Positions 58,273-64,000 of a stretch of 64,000 nt of DNA are shown here, in pieces (the first letter of the stretch is position 1; each line of letters begins with the position of its first letter). The notes beneath the pieces were generated by a model. The model saw only the letters and a program-made list of their open reading frames with translations, was not told the DNA's origin and did no database searches. The DNA lies in assembly GCA_051252135.1 (NCBI GenBank), contig JBPOGH010000018.1, positions 1 to 64,000 of the forward strand, read 5' to 3'. Source of the DNA: Verrucomicrobiaceae bacterium (GTDB lineage Bacteria; Verrucomicrobiota; Verrucomicrobiia; Verrucomicrobiales; Akkermansiaceae). A program made the translations under genes and the position numbers.

Positions 58273-60515
58273 TGCGACTGATCATTTTGCACCTTTTGAT
58301 CTGCCTGCCGCTTGCGGCCGGTCCGCGTGAAGAGGCGCTGGCATTGATTGGGGAGGCGGTTGAATGGGTGGAGGCTCACCCTGCGGTGGCTGCCGGGTTT
58401 GCAAGGCAGGCTTTTGAGGTGCTGGAGAAGGCGGATGATCCGGCGGCGGCCGAGCTATCGGCTTGCGCGGCGCATGCGGCCCGGGCGTGGCGGTTGGCGG
58501 GTGAGATGGAAAAGGCGAAGGCGTGGTTTGGAAAGGCGATCCCGCTGGCCGATCCGGAAAGCGGGTCGCTTCTGCGGGCCGAGCTGGCGGATCTTCTGAT
58601 GCGTGAAGGGGAGCCGGCGGAAGCGCGACGGGTGTTGGGTCAGGAGCCCGCGCATCCTTCTTCGTTTTGGCATCAGACGTTAGCGAAGCTTCATTTGACC
58701 TGCGGGCAGGCGGCGGAAGCGAAGAGGGAGATCGGATTGGCGCTGGCGGATCTTCCGAAGGATTCTTTGGCGAACCGGGCGGCGTTGTTGATTGATGCGG
58801 CGGGGATTGAGTTGCGGTTGGGGAAGTCGCCGGCGGAATTGATTGGGGAGGCGGAGGCGATTTTGGTGGGGCTGGATGATCCTCATCCGGAGATGATTTC
58901 CGCGCTGGCATCGGTGGCGGCGCAGGACCCGGAGCGGTCGCCCGAAGAGGCGCTGACCATTCTTCAGAGTGCGGCGGATCATTTGAAAGACGACCCTGTC
59001 TGGCGGCAGTCTCCGGCGCGATTGTCCTTTGCGGTTTCGCTGGCGGATGCGGCGGCGCGGTGTGGGCGGTCTGATCTTGTGCGGTCGACCCTGTTGCCTC
59101 TGATTGAAAGAGACGAACTTCCTGATGATCATCCCTTATTGGCACGGGCGCTTTTTCTGGCAGCGGAAGCCGAGGGGGAAGTGGTGTTTGCGAAGCGGAG
59201 TTCCGAGGTGGCGATGCGTTGGCTGGCGGGATCGGAGACGGAGTCATCGGAAGTTCTTTTGGGAATTCAGCGGACGGTGGATCCGGTGTCTCCCTTGTTG
59301 ATTGGGCCGGTGGATGTGGACGCACTTCTGGGGACTGCGCTTGCTTCGCAGAACCATGCGCTGCGCAAGCGGCTGGGCGGAACGGTGGCGGCTCCGGGTG
59401 GGCAGGCGGTGTTGTTTTTGATCTACTATCGGGGAGGGGAGGCGCATTACGGGGCGTTGGTGTTGCGGGGGGAGGCGGTGTGGGTGGATCTTGGTCCGGC
59501 GGGGAAAATTCATGATCGGCTTACGGCCACGATCGAGACGGCCGAGCGGACCTTGGGGGAGGCGACCGGCTCCACCCTTTCGCTGACGGGGCGATTGACG
59601 CAGCTTTGGAAATCGGTGTGGGAGCCCTTGCTGCCTCATCTGGATTTGGGGCAACCGCTTTCGATTGCGCCCACGGGGCTTCTTCATTTTGTTCCGTGGG
59701 CGACCTTGCGTGATCGTGATGGGAGGTACCTTTGCCAGACTGCGGAGGAGGTTCGGATTTTGGCGCTTACGGGGAAGTTTCCGGAAAGGACACAAGGTGG
59801 CGGGGCGCTCTTTGTTGGGGTGGATGAGGCGCCGGGGGCGCAGTCGGGTGGGGTGTTGTTTCCTTTCGATGAGGAGTTGGCCGGGCTGGTGGGTGATTTG
59901 GCGCCCCTTCCCGGGGTGAAGGATGAATTGGGGGGGCTGACCGGGGAGGCGGTGATGAATCCCGATGAGGAAAGGCTGCGGAATCTTTTGTTAGAGAATC
60001 CGCCGGAGGTTCTGCATCTGGCGGGTCATGGATTTGTGGCGGAGGGTGAGTCGGCGCAGGGTTTTCGCGCGGGATTTCTTTTGGGTGGGGCGAAGGACAG
60101 CTTGCCCCGGTCTTTTGCCGGGGAGTTGGTGCCGGAGGGGGAGGATAATTTGCTTTTTGCCCGCGAGATTGCGGCACTGGAATTGTCCCGGACGGGGCTG
60201 GTGGTGTTATCGGCTTGTCGGGGTGGGATTGGGCGCAGTGAGGTGGGTGGGAATTGGTCGAGTCTGCGTCGGGCATTTATTGCGGCGGGAGCCGGTCAGG
60301 TGTTGGCGAGCCAATGGCGGGTGCGTGATGACGAGCTGCCTCCATTCATGAAGGCGCTTTATGGCGGGATGCGATCGGGGGAGCCGGCCCACCGTGTGCT
60401 TTGGAAGCTCCAGCGGGACTGGATTGAGGAAAAGATTCCGGCTGCGAAAGATAAGCCGGAGTCCTTACGGGCGGCGTCGGCGGGAGCGTGGGTCCTTGAA
60501 GGGACGGGGTTTTAG
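58272..60515 (+). CDS. Secreted TPR-like / CHAT (caspase-fold) protease
   Basis: Signal peptide; helical repeats; PTGLLHFVPW, LHLAGHG, VVLSAC, ASQWRV. Confidence 0.9.
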   Translation: MRLIILHLLICLPLAAGPREEALALIGEAVEWVEAHPAVAAGFARQAFEVLEKADDPAAAELSACAAHAARAWRLAGEMEKAKAWFGKAIPLADPESGSLLRAELADLLMREGEPAEARRVLGQEPAHPSSFWHQTLAKLHLTCGQAAEAKREIGLALADLPKDSLANRAALLIDAAGIELRLGKSPAELIGEAEAILVGLDDPHPEMISALASVAAQDPERSPEEALTILQSAADHLKDDPVWRQSPARLSFAVSLADAAARCGRSDLVRSTLLPLIERDELPDDHPLLARALFLAAEAEGEVVFAKRSSEVAMRWLAGSETESSEVLLGIQRTVDPVSPLLIGPVDVDALLGTALASQNHALRKRLGGTVAAPGGQAVLFLIYYRGGEAHYGALVLRGEAVWVDLGPAGKIHDRLTATIETAERTLGEATGSTLSLTGRLTQLWKSVWEPLLPHLDLGQPLSIAPTGLLHFVPWATLRDRDGRYLCQTAEEVRILALTGKFPERTQGGGALFVGVDEAPGAQSGGVLFPFDEELAGLVGDLAPLPGVKDELGGLTGEAVMNPDEERLRNLLLENPPEVLHLAGHGFVAEGESAQGFRAGFLLGGAKDSLPRSFAGELVPEGEDNLLFAREIAALELSRTGLVVLSACRGGIGRSEVGGNWSSLRRAFIAAGAGQVLASQWRVRDDELPPFMKALYGGMRSGEPAHRVLWKLQRDWIEEKIPAAKDKPESLRAASAGAWVLEGTGF

Positions 60516-60534
60516 AGGGTTGACGCTTATTTTG

Positions 60535-60570
60535 TCACCGGGTCTGAATTCAGGTCCGGTGATTTTTTTT
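60535..60570 (+). terminator. Intrinsic terminator
   Basis: TCACCGG..CCGGTGA followed by a T tract after the CHAT gene. Confidence 0.8.
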
Positions 60571-60666
60571 GGAGAAAGATGACATTGGAAATAGAGGGCC
60601 GCGATTGAGGAGGTGAAGGGGGAAATAAAACCTCCATAAAACCAAAAACTCAAACTACCCGAATCC

Positions 60667-61539
60667 ATGAAAATCTATCGCCGTATCCCAGCCAAGACCG
60701 CTCCCAACGCAGCCGATTATGTTCCTACCCACGAACATCACACCGGCTTCGCCAAGAACAACGCTCCCCGCAAGATCAGCAAGCTTCGCCTTTATCCATC
60801 CCGGCCGGCCAAATTTGTCGCCGCATCTGCAGCGCTCATGATGGTGGGCTCGGCGGTGGCCACCACGCTTTCGGTTGACTTCCTGGGAGTGACCCAGACG
60901 AACACGCTGAGCCCCACCGATATTGCGGGGGTGGTTCCTGCCGACACCTGGAATGCGGCAACGGGAGACAACAACGTGGGAGGAATTTCTGTGGATGCGC
61001 CGACGCTACCGAGCGCAGCGCTGGTCGCCTGGACTTCTTCAGGGAGTGCCAACACCGTTCCGAACTCACTGGCCACGGCGGATCATGAGATGATGGAGGG
61101 CTTTATTTATGGCAGCATTGGTTCCGGAGGGACCGTGCCGGCCAGTGTGCGCGTCAATAGCATCAACCTGGTGGGACTGGGATGGAGTTCGTATGATCTC
61201 TATGTTTATTCGGACACGTCGAAGAACGGACCGACGGTGCAAATTGATCTCTTTGCCCCGGGTGCCACGACCTATACCCACACCGAATTGGTCTCCGGCA
61301 CTTATGCGCCTCCGACATTTTCCTACGTCGACAGCCAGACTTCACCTGCGGGGAACTACGTTCTCTACACGGGTCTCACGGCGACCGACTTCAACATCCA
61401 GGCGACTCCGCTTTCCGGAATCGATCTTGCGGGAATCAACGGTTTCCAGCTGGTGGGCACCAGTGTTCCCGAGCCATCCACGGGTGTTCTGGCCCTGTTG
61501 AGCGCCACGCTGCTGGTGATGCGCCGTCGCCGGTCCTAG
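60667..61539 (+). CDS. PEP-CTERM sorting domain protein
   Basis: C-terminus VPEPSTGVLALLSATLLVMRRRRS; start may be later. Confidence 0.9.
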   Translation: MKIYRRIPAKTAPNAADYVPTHEHHTGFAKNNAPRKISKLRLYPSRPAKFVAASAALMMVGSAVATTLSVDFLGVTQTNTLSPTDIAGVVPADTWNAATGDNNVGGISVDAPTLPSAALVAWTSSGSANTVPNSLATADHEMMEGFIYGSIGSGGTVPASVRVNSINLVGLGWSSYDLYVYSDTSKNGPTVQIDLFAPGATTYTHTELVSGTYAPPTFSYVDSQTSPAGNYVLYTGLTATDFNIQATPLSGIDLAGINGFQLVGTSVPEPSTGVLALLSATLLVMRRRRS

Positions 61540-61640
61540 GAACCACTTTGTTGGGGAACAACCAACGAACACCCGGTCCACCATTCTGCAGATTTTTGCA
61601 GGGTGGTGGATTGGTTTTTTGAATAGCTTGTTCGTCCGGT

Positions 61641-62132
61641 CTAGCGTTTGCGGCGGAGGATGGGGAATGCGCAGGAGAGAAGGGCGAGGGCGGCGGAGCT
61701 TGGCTCGGGAATGGATTCGAGAGTGAGGGTGGTGAAGGTATCATCCCATGTCCCCAGATCAAAGGTGAGGGTGTTGGCATCGGTGAGGACGAATGCGCCT
61801 GGTGTTGTGGTGCCGGTGATTGATTGAATGCCCGTCCAGTTATCGCCTTGTGAGTTGAGGCCGACGATGGTGATGTTGGCTCCGGGGAGGTAGTCGACAA
61901 ATCCGGCGTTGTTGAAGCTGATGGTGTTGGTTCCGAAGTTCAGGATGGTGTTGGGGCTGCCGTTGACGGAGACGGCATCGCCCCCGGTGTTTTCAATATA
62001 TCCGATGGTTCCTCCCCCTGCGGCGGTTCCGTTGATGTTGATTCCGGTGATGTCAGTGACGACCAGAGCTGCCTGTGAAGAGGTGATGGTGGCCAAGATG
62101 GCGACGAATTTTAAAGATTTTACCGGTTTCAT
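61641..62132 (-). CDS. PEP-CTERM sorting domain protein
   Basis: Signal peptide; IPEPSSAALALLSCAFPILRRKR. Confidence 0.9.
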   Translation of the reverse strand: MKPVKSLKFVAILATITSSQAALVVTDITGININGTAAGGGTIGYIENTGGDAVSVNGSPNTILNFGTNTISFNNAGFVDYLPGANITIVGLNSQGDNWTGIQSITGTTTPGAFVLTDANTLTFDLGTWDDTFTTLTLESIPEPSSAALALLSCAFPILRRKR

Positions 62133-62373
62133 GGGACTTAAGGTAAAGGGACAGTGGAACATGAAAGCAAGCTGAATCCGGGGATGCGGCAATAAGTTGA
62201 TCGGTCAGGTGGGGTGAGAGCGCATCTGTCTCCGGGCAGGAAAATGGGGCGATGGAGGTGGGGGAGAAACAATTTTGAATTATTTGTGCAACTCTTGGTG
62301 GGTTTGGGAGTTAACCCCTGTTGGAGACTGATGGGTTGATTTCTTTGTCAGTCGGCTTCTACCGTTTATAAAA

Positions 62374-63759
62374 ATGAAAAATTCCACGCTATTTCCGATT
62401 CTTGCCGTTACGGCATCAGCAGCTTTTGGGCTCGGTTGGGCCGTTCGCCCTGATGATGGTTCCGATTCCGAGGGGGATGCTTCCGGGAAGCAGTTGGTGG
62501 TGAATTCGGGGGCGGCGCGGTCGAGTGGGTCCTCACGGGGAGGGAGTGTGGATCAAGGAGGGCCGGAGAGGGATTTTGTGGCGCGGTATGTGGTGGATGG
62601 GAAGATTTCGGCAGCCGATATGAAGGAGGCGATCAAGGAGATGGCGCAGACGAATGATCCGTTGTTGCGGCAGAAGATGTTTGCGTTGTTGCTGGAGAAT
62701 TTGACGGCGGAGAATGCGAAGGATGCGTTTTTGGCGCTGCGGGAGAATAGTCGCGGTGGTCCGTTTGGGCGTGGCGGCGATGATGAGATGCGTCTTTTGG
62801 CGAATGCCTGGGGCCGGATTGATGGCGCGGGTGCGTTGGCTTCCCTGAAGGAAATGGCGGAGGCCGAGGAAGGGGAAGACCGTGGGCGAGGTGGCCGGGG
62901 AGGCCCGGGCGGACTTGGCCGTGAGATGGTGGGAGCGCTCTCAGGATGGGCGACGGTGGATGGTGCGGGTGCGATCAGTTATTTGGATACGATCGAGGAT
63001 GAGCGGATGAAGGGGTTTGCGGGCTTTGGGGTGATCCAGGGTTTGTTGGTGAACGGGGTGGATGACGCGATGGCGTTTGTGGAGGGATTACCGAAGGGTG
63101 AGAATGGAGGGCGTGCCCAGGAGATGTATATGGGGATGATTGCGGGGGAGATGCTGGAGCAGGGGAATGATGCGGCGAAGAGCTGGGTGGATTCGGTGAG
63201 TGATCCGACGTTGAAGTCGGGGGCGTTGGCGCGGCTTACGGAGTCGATGATGCGTGATGATCGTGAGGCGACGGCGGAGTGGCTGGTCAAGTATGGGAAT
63301 GATGAGTCCGCGGCCCGGGCGGTGGAGCGACTGGCGGATTCCTGGGCCCGTGAGGATCCGAAGGCGGTGCTGACGTGGGCGGATGAGTTTTCAGGTGCGG
63401 CGAAGGCGGAGGCTTATGGTCAGGCGCTGGGTTCATGGGCCCGTGAGGATCCGGAGGGTGCGGGTGAGTATTTGAGCAATCTGTCGGCGTCTCCCGAGCG
63501 GGATTCGGCAACCGAGGCCTATGCGACGCGCGTTTCCCGGGAGGATCCGGTGACGGCGATGGAGTGGGCGCAGACGATTGGGAATGACAACCTCCGTCAG
63601 GAGACGGTGGTGGAAGTGGCGCAGGATTGGTATCGCAGCGACAAGGCGGCGGCGGAAGCCTGGGTGCAGACGAGCGGTTTGTCCGAGGAGCAGGTGAAGT
63701 CGATCACGGAGCCGCGTCGCGGGTTTGATTTCGGTCGCGGAGGTCCCCGGGGGCGGTAA
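62374..63759 (+). CDS. Membrane-anchored helical-repeat protein (WxxxDPxAA repeats)
   Basis: N-terminal TM; WAREDP repeats; RGG-rich segments. Confidence 0.8.
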   Translation: MKNSTLFPILAVTASAAFGLGWAVRPDDGSDSEGDASGKQLVVNSGAARSSGSSRGGSVDQGGPERDFVARYVVDGKISAADMKEAIKEMAQTNDPLLRQKMFALLLENLTAENAKDAFLALRENSRGGPFGRGGDDEMRLLANAWGRIDGAGALASLKEMAEAEEGEDRGRGGRGGPGGLGREMVGALSGWATVDGAGAISYLDTIEDERMKGFAGFGVIQGLLVNGVDDAMAFVEGLPKGENGGRAQEMYMGMIAGEMLEQGNDAAKSWVDSVSDPTLKSGALARLTESMMRDDREATAEWLVKYGNDESAARAVERLADSWAREDPKAVLTWADEFSGAAKAEAYGQALGSWAREDPEGAGEYLSNLSASPERDSATEAYATRVSREDPVTAMEWAQTIGNDNLRQETVVEVAQDWYRSDKAAAEAWVQTSGLSEEQVKSITEPRRGFDFGRGGPRGR

Positions 63760-63800
63760 TGGCGTTCCCGAGCGAGAGAAGCCCGGAGAGGGATACGAAC

Positions 63801-63832
63801 AAGGCCCGACATTTTAAAAATGCCGGGCCTTT
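63801..63832. terminator. Terminator hairpin between convergent genes
   Basis: AAGGCCCG.CATTTT/AAAATG.CGGGCCTT. Confidence 0.7.
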
Positions 63833-63852
63833 GAATGTACGGTTGGGAGGGT

Positions 63853-64000
63853 TTACTTCCGGCGGCGAAGGATGATGCCGAGGAGTCCGCTGCCGAGAAG
63901 GATTACGGAAGAGGGCTCGGGAACGGCGGAGACTTGGTTGGGCGCGTTGGGGGTGTTTATGGCGTCCCCGGGAGCGGTGGTGGAGGTGAAGGTAGGGAGT
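63853..64000 (-). CDS. PEP-CTERM protein, 3' end (runs off the window)
   Basis: Translates to ..VSAVPEPSSVILLGSGLLGIILRRRK*. Confidence 0.85.
   Translation of the reverse strand, partial: LPTFTSTTAPGDAINTPNAPNQVSAVPEPSSVILLGSGLLGIILRRRK

Overview
A GC-rich bacterial chromosomal segment, most likely Verrucomicrobiota (inference from four PEP-CTERM genes, a long-form IspG and typical secreted-protein families). The + strand is strongly G-rich, which explains most of the long antisense ORFs in the track. Housekeeping genes include nadE, nadB, thiL, ispG and clpS. The main points of interest are five. (1) An ORF missed by the track (48065-48625, minus) encodes a secreted protein with two HMA-like domains. 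Each domain has an in-frame UGA at the metal-binding Cys position followed by a SECIS-like hairpin, making it a candidate double-selenocysteine protein. (2) An operon encodes an ECF-like sigma factor, a membrane anti-sigma candidate, a TpsB, a subtilase and a secreted CHAT protease, divergent from a mini-TpsA (52118-60515). (3) A Ralstonia phcBSRQ-like methyl-ester quorum-sensing operon lies next to AraC, FadL and acyltransferase genes (10296-18216). (4) A tandem-duplicated orphan RHS toxin/immunity array has palindromic boundary elements (34056-38490). (5) A RAYT-like transposase, REP-like triple hairpins and two MITE-like palindromes. All assignments come from motif recognition by eye; no searches were run.
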